NCBI GenBank assembly: GCA_028691695.1
Contig: JAQUYU010000001.1
Span: 1 to 54,414 of the forward strand
Length of the DNA stretch: 54,414 bases
Direction of reading: 5' to 3'
From: Sphaerochaetaceae bacterium
Lineage (GTDB): Bacteria > Spirochaetota > Spirochaetia > Sphaerochaetales > Sphaerochaetaceae
Shown one piece after another: positions 10,862 to 19,621 of this stretch (position 1 is its first letter; every line of letters starts with the position of its first letter). A program made the translations under genes and the position numbers. The notes beneath the pieces were generated by a model, which searched no databases, was not told the DNA's origin, and saw only the letters and a program-made list of their open reading frames with translations.

Positions 10862-10882
10862 GGGCCGCCAGAAAGGCGGCCC
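10862..10882 (-). terminator. GC-rich hairpin immediately after the ilvE stop (weak U-tract)
   Basis: gggccgcc-agaaa-ggcggccc forms a perfect 8 bp stem 10 nt downstream of the ilvE stop on the minus strand. The trailing sequence is only moderately T-rich. Confidence 0.4.
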
Positions 10883-10891
10883 AAATGGAAA

Positions 10892-12091
10892 TCAGCAGAT
10901 GCGGACGACCCAGTTGTGGGTATCGGCAACCTTGCCTGTCTGAGTCCCGTAGATAGTATCATAAAGACGCTGAGCAAGAGGACCGACCTGATTGTTGTTC
11001 ACAAGGAAATCCTTGTCTTTGTAGCAGAGCGTGCCGATCGGAGAAATAACAGCCGCCGTGCCTGTTGCAAAGACCTCGGCAAGAGTCCCGTTCTCAGAAG
11101 CAGCGCAGACATCATCGATGGACAGAGGACGCTCTGACACCTTGATGCCCCACTCCTTCAGAAGGGTAAGAACTGTGTTGCGTGTGATTCCTGGGAGTAT
11201 TGTACCTCCAAGGGGAGCAGTGATGACCTCATCGCCGATCTTGAAGAAAGCATTGGAAGTGCCGATCTCCTCAACAAGCTTGTGATCGCGTGCATCAAGC
11301 CACAGTACATCCTTGCAGTTGTACTTGAGAGCCTTCTGGGAAGCCTTCATTCCACCTGCGTAGTTGCCGCCGACCTTTGCAAAGCCCGTCCCGCCCTGTG
11401 CTGCACGGATGAACTCATCCTCGACATAGATCCTTGTGGCGGAAAGCTTTCCCATGTTTCCGGCATAATATGGACCGGATGGGCACAGAATAATCATGAA
11501 GCGGTAATGCTTGGCAGGAAGAACACTGAACGAAACCTCATCTGACAGGATGAAAGGCCTGATGTACAGCGAAGTGCCTGGCTTGCTCGGAACCCAGTCG
11601 ATGTCGGCAAGCACTGTTGCCTTCACAGCCGAAACAAAAAGCTCCTCGTCAATAGGAGGCATGCACATGCGCTCGTTGGTCCGGTTCAGGCGCGCAGCAT
11701 TCATGTAAGGTCTGAAAAGCTGGACGTGACCATCTGCGGTCTTGTAAGCCTTCATGCCCTCGAACATCATCTGAGCGTAATGGAGGACACAGGAGGCTGG
11801 ATCGATGCTGATGTTGCCATAAGGAATGATCCTTCCATCGTGCCATCCCTTGCCCTCGTCATACTCCATGACGAACATGTGGTCAGTGAAATTCTGACCG
11901 AATACAAGATGATCCTCATCCGGCTTCTGCTTTGGATTAGTCGTCCTTGTTGTCCTCAGCGTCCCGCTTATGCCTGTTCTCCTCAGCGTCCTCAGACTCC
12001 AGTTCCTCGTCCCCAGCGTCCTTGTTGTCCTCAGCGTCCCGCTTATGCCTGTTCTCCTCAGCGTCCCCAGATTCCAGTTCACCGTCCCCAC
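10892..12091 (-). CDS. ilvE: Branched-chain amino acid aminotransferase (class IV). The start codon is uncertain.
   Basis: Motifs present are NPKQKPDEDHLVFGQNFTDHMF, HYAQMMFEGMKAY, GGTGFAKVGGNYAGG and LPGITR. In this frame the only ATG/GTG/TTG codons upstream of the conserved N-terminus are GTG 12091 and GTG 12082. Both lie inside a 75 bp tandem repeat, which gives a roughly 50 aa repeat-encoded extension. The next ATG (11878) would delete conserved residues. Confidence 0.85.
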   Translation of the reverse strand: MGTVNWNLGTLRRTGISGTLRTTRTLGTRNWSLRTLRRTGISGTLRTTRTTNPKQKPDEDHLVFGQNFTDHMFVMEYDEGKGWHDGRIIPYGNISIDPASCVLHYAQMMFEGMKAYKTADGHVQLFRPYMNAARLNRTNERMCMPPIDEELFVSAVKATVLADIDWVPSKPGTSLYIRPFILSDEVSFSVLPAKHYRFMIILCPSGPYYAGNMGKLSATRIYVEDEFIRAAQGGTGFAKVGGNYAGGMKASQKALKYNCKDVLWLDARDHKLVEEIGTSNAFFKIGDEVITAPLGGTILPGITRNTVLTLLKEWGIKVSERPLSIDDVCAASENGTLAEVFATGTAAVISPIGTLCYKDKDFLVNNNQVGPLAQRLYDTIYGTQTGKVADTHNWVVRIC

Positions 12092-12119
12092 GCTCTTTCA
12101 AAAATGCCCGAAGAATCAT
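11937..12119 (-). CDS. Candidate 60 aa acidic repeat ORF (MILRAFLKERGDGELESGDAEENRHKRDAEDNKDAGDEELESEDAEENRHKRDAEDNKDD)
   Basis: It starts at ATG 12119 and stops at TAA 11939..11937. It reads through the 2 x 75 bp repeat in a different frame from the ilvE extension. This frame gives a natural-looking acidic sequence, whereas the ilvE frame gives GTLRRTGISGTLRTTRT. Only a weak SD (GGTGG) is present. This is the C-terminal part of the 264 aa track ORF. Confidence 0.3.
   Translation of the reverse strand: MILRAFLKERGDGELESGDAEENRHKRDAEDNKDAGDEELESEDAEENRHKRDAEDNKDD
11944..12093. repeat. Tandem direct repeat, 2 x 75 bp
   Basis: tccttgttgtcctcagcgtcccgcttatgcctgttctcctcagcgtcc... begins at 11944 and again at 12019 (offset 75). 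A few mismatches occur in the last third. An internal sub-repeat is cctcagcgtcc. The minus strand is purine-rich here. Confidence 0.9.
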
Positions 12120-12155
12120 GCAAACACCACCACTTGACGCACGCCAAGGATTCCA

Positions 12156-12665
12156 ATGACCACAAACACACCTCACTCTGAGGGCTAAGAGGACCAAGAT
12201 GACAACCGGGACGCAGAAGGCCAAACACCTCACCCTGAGGACCAAGAGGACGCCAATGACAAACAGGACGCAAAAGATCACACCCATCACCCTAAGGACT
12301 AAGAGGACCAAGAGGACGCAAATGACAACCATGACGCAGAGGACGCCAACGACAAACGGGACGCAGAAGACCACACCCCTCACCCTGAGGACCAAGAGGA
12401 CAAAGAGGACACCAACGACAAACGGGACGCAGAAGACCACACCCCTCACCCTGAGGACCAAGAGGACAAAGAGGACGCAAATGACAACCATGACGCAGAG
12501 GACGCCAACGACAAACGGGACGCAGAAGACCACACCCCTCACCCTGAGGACCAAGAGGACAAAGAGGACACCAACGACAAACGGGACGCAGAAGACCACA
12601 CCCCTCACCCTGAGGACCAAGAGGACAAAGAGGACGCCAATGACCGAGCAAGCACCTCCGCGTAA
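12156..12665 (+). pseudogene. Candidate disrupted acidic-repeat gene, (EDQEDKEDTNDKRDAEDHTPHP)n, with two in-frame TAA codons
   Basis: In plus frame 3, ATG 12156 gives MTTNTPHSEG, then TAA (12186), then 37 codons, then TAA (12300). A 120-codon open stretch follows at 12303..12662, ending at TAA 12663. Aligned to the repeat consensus, both internal TAA codons sit where the other units have CAA. Confidence 0.3.
12189..12662. repeat. T-depleted tandem repeat array (66 nt and 93 nt units forming a 159 bp higher-order repeat)
   Basis: gacgcaaatgacaacc recurs at 12315 and 12474 (offset 159). The 66 nt unit is gaggaccaagaggacaaagaggacaccaacgacaaacgggacgcagaagaccacacccctcaccct. By hand count there are 14 T in the 360 nt from 12301 to 12660 on the plus strand. 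Confidence 0.9.
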
Positions 12666-12731
12666 CAAACGCCAAGGGTTTTCATGCGTGCTTATTGAAA
12701 GAAGGCGAAGAAAAACAGTATCATCAGACAC

Positions 12732-13367
12732 ATGGAAAGAAATGAGATTCTAAAGAACTTTTATGTAATAGAAGGCCTTGACGGTGCGGGAACAACCACT
12801 CAGCTCAGGATGATAGTCCAGCAGCTGCAGGAATGCGGAAAGAAAGCATTCTTGACATTCGAACCGACAACCTCTGAAATTGGACTTCTGATCAAGAGAA
12901 TTCTGAAAGGCGAAGCCGAAGCAACCGGGCTTGCATTGGCCTATCTGTATGCAGCAGACCGGGAGAATCACGTAAACCACCCTGAGACGGGAATAAGAGC
13001 ACACCTTGAGAATGGAGAAACAGTCATCAGCGACCGATACTTCTTCTCTTCGCTTGCTTACCAGACCATGGCATCCTCGTTCGATAAGATCTGGTCGCTC
13101 AACTGCGGCTTTCCATACCCGGAAGCAGTTATATTCATCGACACTCCGGTATCGGAATGCATCAAGAGGATAGAGAACAGAGGCGAGAAGAAAGAGATCT
13201 TCGAAAAGCAGAACCTTCTTTCTGCTGTCAAGGAAAACTATGAGAAAGCCTTCAAGATGATGCCGGAAGAGGTAAAGCTGTACAGATTCGACGGCACAGC
13301 TCCCAAAGAGCAGATTCAGAATGAAATCATGGACCAGGTGTTCGGAAAAACTACTTCAGGAAAGTAG
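12732..13367 (+). CDS. tmk: Thymidylate kinase
   Basis: 211 aa. The P-loop is YVIEGLDGAGTTTQ, followed by the DRY-like segment (SDRYFFSSLAYQ) and a lid region. Confidence 0.9.
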   Translation: MERNEILKNFYVIEGLDGAGTTTQLRMIVQQLQECGKKAFLTFEPTTSEIGLLIKRILKGEAEATGLALAYLYAADRENHVNHPETGIRAHLENGETVISDRYFFSSLAYQTMASSFDKIWSLNCGFPYPEAVIFIDTPVSECIKRIENRGEKKEIFEKQNLLSAVKENYEKAFKMMPEEVKLYRFDGTAPKEQIQNEIMDQVFGKTTSGK

Positions 13368-14391
13368 CATCTCCATAGCTGAAGAAGTGATAGCGCTCCT
13401 GCACTGCATGATTGTATGCAGCAAGGATGTGCTCACGTCCGGCAAAAGCCGAAACGAGCACGAGAAGCGTTGATTCAGGAGTATGGAAGTTGGTAAGAAG
13501 CTGATCAACCTCATGGAACTGGAAGCCCGGGGTGATGAACAGATTCGTCTTTCCGTAGCCTGAGCGTACTCCGCCAAGCTGTGGATCCCAGGCGCTTTCA
13601 AGAGTGCGGACCGAAGTGGTGCCTGTGGCAACAAGCTTCTTTCCCGCCCTCTTTGCAGCATTGATGGCATCCGCCGCCTCAGCAGATATATGGTATGACT
13701 CAAAGTGCATATGATGGTCTTCGAGATTCTGAGTACGCATCGGCAGGAAGGTGCCCATCCCGACATGAAGAGTTATCTCGATGATCTGAATGCCCTTTGC
13801 ACGGATGCTGTCGAGAATCTCAGGAGTGAAATGCAGGCCGGCAGTCGGCGCTGCGACGCTTCCGCTCTCTGTGGCATAGACAGTCTGGTAGCGCTTCTCG
13901 TCCTGGAAATCATCTTCACGCTTGATGTAAGGCGGAAGCGGTACGTGACCGCACTTCTGGAAGAAATCCTCATCGATTGGCCTGTCGAAACGCACGACCT
14001 TGAGCTCATCAGAAGTCTCAGAAGCAATCTCGCCATTGCAGTAGTGGTTGCCCGAAAGATCGCAGAAGTCGAACTTCTTGCCCACCTTCTGCCTCCGGCT
14101 CTTGGTTGTCATTGCAGTGTAAGTCCCATCACCGTTGTCCTGAGTGAAAAGGAACTCAACCTTTCCGCCGTTCTCGGAAAGACCGAAAACACGGGCCTTC
14201 CTGACCCTGGTGTTGTTCACAACCACAATTGAATCCGGGTCGAGGAAATCGACGAAATGATCCATTGTGGAATCCATGTATTCACCTGTCTTCCGATCCA
14301 TGACCAGCAGACGGCACGTGCCCCTTGTTGCAGGAGGAACCTGAGCGATCAGATCCTCCGGGAGCTCAAAAGAGAAGTCCTTGACCAGCAT
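13351..14391 (-). CDS. queA: S-adenosylmethionine:tRNA ribosyltransferase-isomerase
   Basis: Motifs present are [46 protein letters not shown] and [11 protein letters not shown] placed the start at the internal ATG 14391, which matches the canonical QueA N-terminus. The track ORF extends to 14424. Confidence 0.9.
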   Translation of the reverse strand: MLVKDFSFELPEDLIAQVPPATRGTCRLLVMDRKTGEYMDSTMDHFVDFLDPDSIVVVNNTRVRKARVFGLSENGGKVEFLFTQDNGDGTYTAMTTKSRRQKVGKKFDFCDLSGNHYCNGEIASETSDELKVVRFDRPIDEDFFQKCGHVPLPPYIKREDDFQDEKRYQTVYATESGSVAAPTAGLHFTPEILDSIRAKGIQIIEITLHVGMGTFLPMRTQNLEDHHMHFESYHISAEAADAINAAKRAGKKLVATGTTSVRTLESAWDPQLGGVRSGYGKTNLFITPGFQFHEVDQLLTNFHTPESTLLVLVSAFAGREHILAAYNHAVQERYHFFSYGDATFLK

Positions 14392-15415
14392 TGTTGCTAT
14401 TTTCCTTGATATGAAGAAGCTCATAGGCCTTGGGTGTCACCATCCGGCCCCTTGGAGTACGCTTGAGGTATCCTTTCTGTATTAGATACGGCTCATAGAA
14501 ATCCTCAAGCGATTCGACTGCTTCTCCGACTGATATGCTCAGGGTGTCGGCCCCAACAGGCCCCCCCTGATAGAATTCGATTATTGTCCGCAGGATGTTG
14601 CGGTCCTGCTCCTCAAGCCCGTTGAGATCGACTCCGAGCTTGCAGATGCTGTCCTTCACGATTGAAGGAGTGATTACGCCAGATCCCTTGACCTCGGCGA
14701 AATCACGGATGCGCCTGAGCATCCTGTTTGCAATTCGCGGTGTGCCTCTCGAGCATTGAGCAAGAAGCCCTACCGCTTCGGGCTCGATCTTTACCTCAAG
14801 GATGCTTGCCGACCTCTTGATGATTGCCGAAAGATCCTTTTCATCATAGAACTCAAGACGGCAGTTGATGCCGAACCGTGAAAGCAGCGGAGATGAGACC
14901 ATGCCCGCCTTTGTAGTAGCGCCAATGAGTGTGAACTTAGGAATAGGAACACGCATCGTCCTTGCACTGGGACCTTGCCCAATCACCCAGTCGATCTCGT
15001 AATCCTCCATCGCTATGTAAAGCATCTCCTCAAGAGCAGGCTTGAGCCTGTGTATCTCATCGATGAAGAATATGCTGTTCTCCGTGACGTTGGTCAGAAT
15101 GCCGGCGAGGTCCTTGGGTTTGTCCAGAGCCGGTGCACTCGTCATCCTGATGTCAGCACCCATTTCATTTGCAATGATAGAGGCGAGAGTGGTCTTTCCA
15201 AGCCCCGGAGGACCGATGAGAAAAGTGTGATCGAGAGCTTCGTGACGTTCGCGCGCTGCAGTAATGAAGACTTCAAGATTGCTCTTGATCTTGTCCTGAC
15301 CCTGGAATTCACTGAGCATCTTCGGCCGCAGCGTCGCTTCCTGGACGTCGGTATCATCCTGGTAGGCCGTGGACATCAGTGAATTCATCTTGGCATCAAG
15401 CTCCTGGTCTTCCAT
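14366..15415 (-). CDS. ruvB: Holliday junction branch migration ATPase RuvB
   Basis: 349 aa. Walker A is [13 protein letters not shown] and Walker B is FIDEIHRL. Sensor and winged-helix C-terminal regions are present. Confidence 0.95.
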   Translation of the reverse strand: MEDQELDAKMNSLMSTAYQDDTDVQEATLRPKMLSEFQGQDKIKSNLEVFITAARERHEALDHTFLIGPPGLGKTTLASIIANEMGADIRMTSAPALDKPKDLAGILTNVTENSIFFIDEIHRLKPALEEMLYIAMEDYEIDWVIGQGPSARTMRVPIPKFTLIGATTKAGMVSSPLLSRFGINCRLEFYDEKDLSAIIKRSASILEVKIEPEAVGLLAQCSRGTPRIANRMLRRIRDFAEVKGSGVITPSIVKDSICKLGVDLNGLEEQDRNILRTIIEFYQGGPVGADTLSISVGEAVESLEDFYEPYLIQKGYLKRTPRGRMVTPKAYELLHIKENSNNAGQGLLF

Positions 15416-15425
15416 CCTCGTCCTC

Positions 15426-16058
15426 CTACAGCGAACTTATTGCAAGCCTGAACAGGAATTCCTCCTGCTCGTGGCGGTTCTTCCTGGAAAGCAATTCGGA
15501 ATTGGCCTTCTCAAGATCGGTGATCACATCGACCACCCTCTTCTTATCATAGCCCATCTCGGAAAGAGCAACAATAAGATCTTCGTATTTCCTGGCCGCC
15601 TGCGAAGGATTGGCCTCCGCCGTTCCTGTGCCCTCAATGTCCATCGTGACCAGCTTGTCGCGAAGTGCAAGTATGATCTTCTGGGCAGTCTTGACGCCAA
15701 GACCAGGAATGCGGGACAGCGATTTCACGTCATTCTGATCCAGCGCAGTCAAGAATTCATGCACAGTGGCTCCCGAGAGAATCTTCATTGCCTGTTTCGG
15801 GCCAATCCCTGATACCTTTATCAGCTCAAGAAAAAGCTGCCTCTCCTCTTCTTCGCAGAACCCGAACAGGACCATGTCGTCCTGGGTATGCTGAAGGTAG
15901 GCAAGTATCCTCACATCCTTTCGCTTTGCAGCATCAAGAGCTGAAATCCTCAGAGCGGTCTGGGAAGAGACGATGAACGAGAATTCAACCTGTCCGGCTC
16001 TAAGAACAAGATTCTGGCCGTTTGTGAACACGACATCGCCGATAATTGCATTGATCAT
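15426..16058 (-). CDS. ruvA: Holliday junction DNA helicase subunit RuvA
   Basis: 210 aa. The N-terminal OB-like domain is followed by HhH motifs ([13 protein letters not shown]; [14 protein letters not shown]) and a C-terminal domain III. Confidence 0.9.
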   Translation of the reverse strand: MINAIIGDVVFTNGQNLVLRAGQVEFSFIVSSQTALRISALDAAKRKDVRILAYLQHTQDDMVLFGFCEEEERQLFLELIKVSGIGPKQAMKILSGATVHEFLTALDQNDVKSLSRIPGLGVKTAQKIILALRDKLVTMDIEGTGTAEANPSQAARKYEDLIVALSEMGYDKKRVVDVITDLEKANSELLSRKNRHEQEEFLFRLAISSL

Positions 16059-16549
16059 ACTCGTAGCTTTGCCTCCGTTGAACCATTGTTACCAAGGCAG
16101 ATTGCAGCAGAAAGCGCATCCGCTGCATGATCGGGCTTAGGTATCTTCTCAAGCCCGAGAAGAATCCTGACCATCTCCTGGACCTGGACTTTCTCTGCAT
16201 TACCATAGCCGGTTATGCAGCTCTTGATCTGAAGCGGCGAGAACAGCCGGCATGGAATTCCAATCCGGCCCAGCTCGCACATTATGGCTCCGATGACCTT
16301 TGATACATTGAGTGCAGAAGTAGTCGAATGCTTGGTGAAGAAGATCTCCTCAATCGATGCGCACTGGACATTATTCTCCTGAGCAACACGCTGTATCTTG
16401 TCAGTGATCAGCAGAATGCGCTTCTGCATGTCTTCGCCTGCGGGGGTCTTGATCACTCCATATGAAACAGGCTGGTAGCGCTGCGATTGAAAATCGACAA
16501 CACCCCAGCCACAATCTGCAAGACCCGGATCAATTCCGAGAATTCTCAT
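16055..16549 (-). CDS. ruvC: Crossover junction endodeoxyribonuclease RuvC
   Basis: 164 aa. MRILGIDPGLADCGWGVV is the RNase H-like N-terminus. There is a 4 nt overlap with ruvA. Confidence 0.9.
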   Translation of the reverse strand: MRILGIDPGLADCGWGVVDFQSQRYQPVSYGVIKTPAGEDMQKRILLITDKIQRVAQENNVQCASIEEIFFTKHSTTSALNVSKVIGAIMCELGRIGIPCRLFSPLQIKSCITGYGNAEKVQVQEMVRILLGLEKIPKPDHAADALSAAICLGNNGSTEAKLRV

Positions 16550-16554
16550 CAGGA

Positions 16555-17301
16555 TTACTCTTCTTCATCAACATAGTCTTCAGGAAGCTCAAGGTTGGTT
16601 GAAACCTGCTGAACATCATCCAGCTCCTCAAGCCTGTCGACGATCTTCATGACCTTGTGGGCCTTCTCGTTGTCAAGCTGAACCATCTGGTCTGCAATCT
16701 TGGAAATATCGGCGCTGTCCTGCTCGAATCCTGCTTTCTGCATTCCTTCGAGGACATTGGCGAAGCTTCCCGGATCGGTATCGACTTCAATTACTCCATC
16801 TTCATTGCTGACATCTTCTGCACCTAGCTCGAGCGCAGCATTGATGATATCGTCTTCCGAGTATTTGGAAGCATCATAGGTGATGACGCCCTTGGTGTTG
16901 AACATATAAGACACGCATCCGTTGGTCCCGAGCGAGCCGCCGAGCTTGGTGAGCGTGCTGCGGACATCTGCTGCAGTCCTGTTCTTGTTATCTGTCAGGG
17001 TATCAACAATGATGGCAACACCTCCAGGTGCATAGCCCTCGTATGTAAGTTCGTAGTAGACAGCATTGCCCATTTCTCCAGAACCTTTCTTGATGGCTCT
17101 CTCGATGTTATCCTTGGGCATATTCTCTGCTCTTGCTTTCAATACGGCGGTCCTGAGCCTAGCGTTGGATTCAATCTCTGCTCCGCCCATCTTGGCGGCG
17201 ACACTGATTTCCTTGATCAGCTTGGTGAAGGCCTGTCCCCTCTTTGCATCTGCAATTCCTTTCTTGTGCTTAATGGTTGCCCATTTGCTGTGACCTGACA
17301 T
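16555..17301 (-). CDS. YebC/PmpR family DNA-binding transcriptional regulator
   Basis: 248 aa beginning with the family-typical MSGHSKWATIKHKKG. Confidence 0.95.
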   Translation of the reverse strand: MSGHSKWATIKHKKGIADAKRGQAFTKLIKEISVAAKMGGAEIESNARLRTAVLKARAENMPKDNIERAIKKGSGEMGNAVYYELTYEGYAPGGVAIIVDTLTDNKNRTAADVRSTLTKLGGSLGTNGCVSYMFNTKGVITYDASKYSEDDIINAALELGAEDVSNEDGVIEVDTDPGSFANVLEGMQKAGFEQDSADISKIADQMVQLDNEKAHKVMKIVDRLEELDDVQQVSTNLELPEDYVDEEE

Positions 17302-17400
17302 GTGGTATTACCTCTTTCTAAAAAATAAGAACATTTAAATCTATCACGCCAGCATATCTCGGTCAAGTATCCTCAACGCATTTTGGCCAATTCCGCATTC

Positions 17401-18612
17401 TCAGTTCTGGCCAATCCTCGATTCTTCGCCATCTGCATCCGAAGAAGCTAATGCATCCAGCACATAGGAGGCTGCGCCGTCTGCAAGAAGGAAACCCTCA
17501 CGTCCCGGACGGAAGAAGCTGCCGTCATATGTGAAGCCGGGGTATTCCAGAAATGAAGGAAGCCTCACGCCGAACCGTGCAAGGCAGTCATCCGAACCCA
17601 ATCCATACCTTGTTCGGCATCCCATTATGGCCCACTCCTCCATCTGCTGGATTCTTCCAAGAGCTTCAGTGCGATAGCCGCTGAAAAGTGGAGAATTGAT
17701 GTATTGATCCACATTGCTCAGGCATTCAACCCTTGTGTAAGGGCTGTACAGAGTAGAAGCAGCCCCAGGACCGAGGCCCAGATACTGTCCCATATTCCAG
17801 TAGACCTTGTTATGAAGACATTCATGATCAGGACCTGCAGCGAAATTCGAAACCTCATAATGCTCCATTCCGCTGCTTTCAAGCAGATCCCATAGCATTT
17901 CCAGCTCATCGGCCTGGTCATCATCCCCAACTGGAGAGAATTCACCCTTCTCAGCACGGATGCCCATAACAGTCTTAGGCTCAACCATCAGGCTGTACAG
18001 GCTGAGGTGCTCGAAACGTGCCAATTCCCTTATCTTCTTCAAGTCCTGAACCGAACTCTCGCGGCAGCCCGGTACACAGCAGATGAAATCGTAATTCAAC
18101 GAAAAGCCGCAGAGCTGCTTCAGCCGCTGGCTTTCTTCAATTCCCCTAAGGGTATCCAGAGCAGACGAGTTCCTGCCAAGGATATCAAGCACCTTCTGAT
18201 CAAGACTCTGAACTCCGATGGAAAGGCGGGTTATGTATTCCAGCGGACCCTCAAGCCAGCTGCCTGCATTTTCTGGATTCATCTCAACGGTGAATTCTGA
18301 GGGCTTGCCCCAGCGGCAGCAGGCCTTTGCTATTGCAAGAAGCCGCTTTTCACCGAGAATGCCAGGGTTGCCACCGCCGATGAAGACAGTGCAGAAAGGC
18401 TTTCCAAGCGACTGTGAAATAAAATCTATCTCCGAAACCAGCTTTGAAGCGAAAGCATCAATTGCGGCCTCTGAGCACCCGGCCTTGGAAAAAAAGCCGC
18501 AGTATGAGCACTTTCTGGTGCAGAAAGGAATGTGCAAGTAAAGCGAAAGCGGGCGGGTGCGATCTATATCAAACAAGGCTCTTCCAGTGGGAGAAAGGCC
18601 AGAGCACAGCAT
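17401..18612 (-). CDS. hemW: Radical SAM family heme chaperone HemW / oxygen-independent coproporphyrinogen oxidase-like protein
   Basis: 403 aa. The radical SAM cluster motif is LYLHIPFCTRKCSYCGF and a HemN_C-like C-terminal region is present. The ATG start overlaps the lepB 3' end by 44 nt. Confidence 0.8.
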   Translation of the reverse strand: MLCSGLSPTGRALFDIDRTRPLSLYLHIPFCTRKCSYCGFFSKAGCSEAAIDAFASKLVSEIDFISQSLGKPFCTVFIGGGNPGILGEKRLLAIAKACCRWGKPSEFTVEMNPENAGSWLEGPLEYITRLSIGVQSLDQKVLDILGRNSSALDTLRGIEESQRLKQLCGFSLNYDFICCVPGCRESSVQDLKKIRELARFEHLSLYSLMVEPKTVMGIRAEKGEFSPVGDDDQADELEMLWDLLESSGMEHYEVSNFAAGPDHECLHNKVYWNMGQYLGLGPGAASTLYSPYTRVECLSNVDQYINSPLFSGYRTEALGRIQQMEEWAIMGCRTRYGLGSDDCLARFGVRLPSFLEYPGFTYDGSFFRPGREGFLLADGAASYVLDALASSDADGEESRIGQN

Positions 18613-19558
18613 TGACCTTCCCGTTGATCTTCTCAGTGCTCACCGGGCCGAAATAACGGCCGTCGGACGAATTGTCACGGTTGTCCCCAAGCGGAAGCAC
18701 ATAGCCGTAAGGAACATAGATGCCCCTGTCATACACAGCATGAGCACTCCGTCGGGAAAGATCAGAAGGCCTGTTCTGTGCAGCGGCCTGTGCATATGCG
18801 CTGTTGTGCTGGTACATGTCATAGTACTGGCTGGAATTGGCAATCTTCTCATATTCATCGATCAGATGCTGCGGGGTATTGGCCTGAGCAATGCCATCAT
18901 CCTGGTAGGACATGAGCCTTCCTCTGGCGTTGATTGAAGAATAAAGATCAGCATCCAGGCTTCGGTGCGGGTTGCTGTCAAGACCGTTGTCTGTGCGATA
19001 GGAATCCTCAGCAACGAATTCAGAAGTCCCGGAAGGCTTGATATAGACATCGCCGTTGACGAACTTCACAGTGTCGCCTCCAAGCCCAACCGCTCGCTTG
19101 ACATAGAGCTTCTCCTTCACATTGCCGTCATCATCCCTGTCGATGTTGACAAAAGACAGCGTGGCCATATAGAGGCACTGGGCGAAAACGTCGAAAACAG
19201 GTCCTTTGCTGACATAATCCGGATTGTAGAAGGTTATGATATCATCACGGTCCGGGGTTCTTCCCTTGAAGATCTTCGGCCCTGAAGGATAGACTTCGAT
19301 TCCATAGGCCTGCTTGTTCACAAGAACCCTGTCCCCCACTTCAAGAGTGCCGACCATCGAAGGTGATGGGATGACGAAGAGCTGAACGAAGAACTGGTTC
19401 AGAAGGAAGACGAATACAACTGCGAAAAGAAGAGCGTCGATCCAGCCCCAGACTTCAGAAAGAACCGTTCGGTTCTCCTTCTCCGTGGCTTTGATAGCTT
19501 TCTTCTTGGTCAGATGGGCTTCGGTGACCTTAAGTACCCAGGCATAGATTTTTTCCAT
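18569..19558 (-). CDS. lepB: Signal peptidase I
   Basis: 329 aa. An N-terminal TM segment is followed by catalytic Ser box SPSMVGTL, box D/E GDNRDNSSDGRYFGPV and a Lys-containing box YVKRAVGLGGD. Confidence 0.9.
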   Translation of the reverse strand: MEKIYAWVLKVTEAHLTKKKAIKATEKENRTVLSEVWGWIDALLFAVVFVFLLNQFFVQLFVIPSPSMVGTLEVGDRVLVNKQAYGIEVYPSGPKIFKGRTPDRDDIITFYNPDYVSKGPVFDVFAQCLYMATLSFVNIDRDDDGNVKEKLYVKRAVGLGGDTVKFVNGDVYIKPSGTSEFVAEDSYRTDNGLDSNPHRSLDADLYSSINARGRLMSYQDDGIAQANTPQHLIDEYEKIANSSQYYDMYQHNSAYAQAAAQNRPSDLSRRSAHAVYDRGIYVPYGYVLPLGDNRDNSSDGRYFGPVSTEKINGKVNAVLWPFSHWKSLV

Positions 19559-19621
19559 GAGAATAATCTAGCACTTAGAGGATTGGTTGACAAGATGGAC
19601 CGGGAAAGCTAACTTTATGCC

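Noticed and set aside
12189-12662. Possible CRISPR array, given regularly spaced repeats
   Set aside because: The units are contiguous tandem repeats (66/93/159 nt) with no unique spacers between them. No cas genes or leader are present, and the repeats are not palindromic.
11937-12731. A 264 aa minus-strand ORF encoding a Val/Leu/Phe/Cys-rich 'repeat membrane protein'. The overlapping minus-strand ORFs 12292..12675 and 12079..12273 and the plus-strand ORF 12199..12753 belong with it.
   Set aside because: All of these are readings of the same T-depleted (plus) / A-depleted (minus) tandem array. With almost no T or A available, stop codons cannot occur, so long ORFs arise in nearly every frame by composition alone. 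The hydrophobic composition is what an A-poor strand must encode. Only the C-terminal acidic part (11937..12119) is kept, as a low-confidence candidate.
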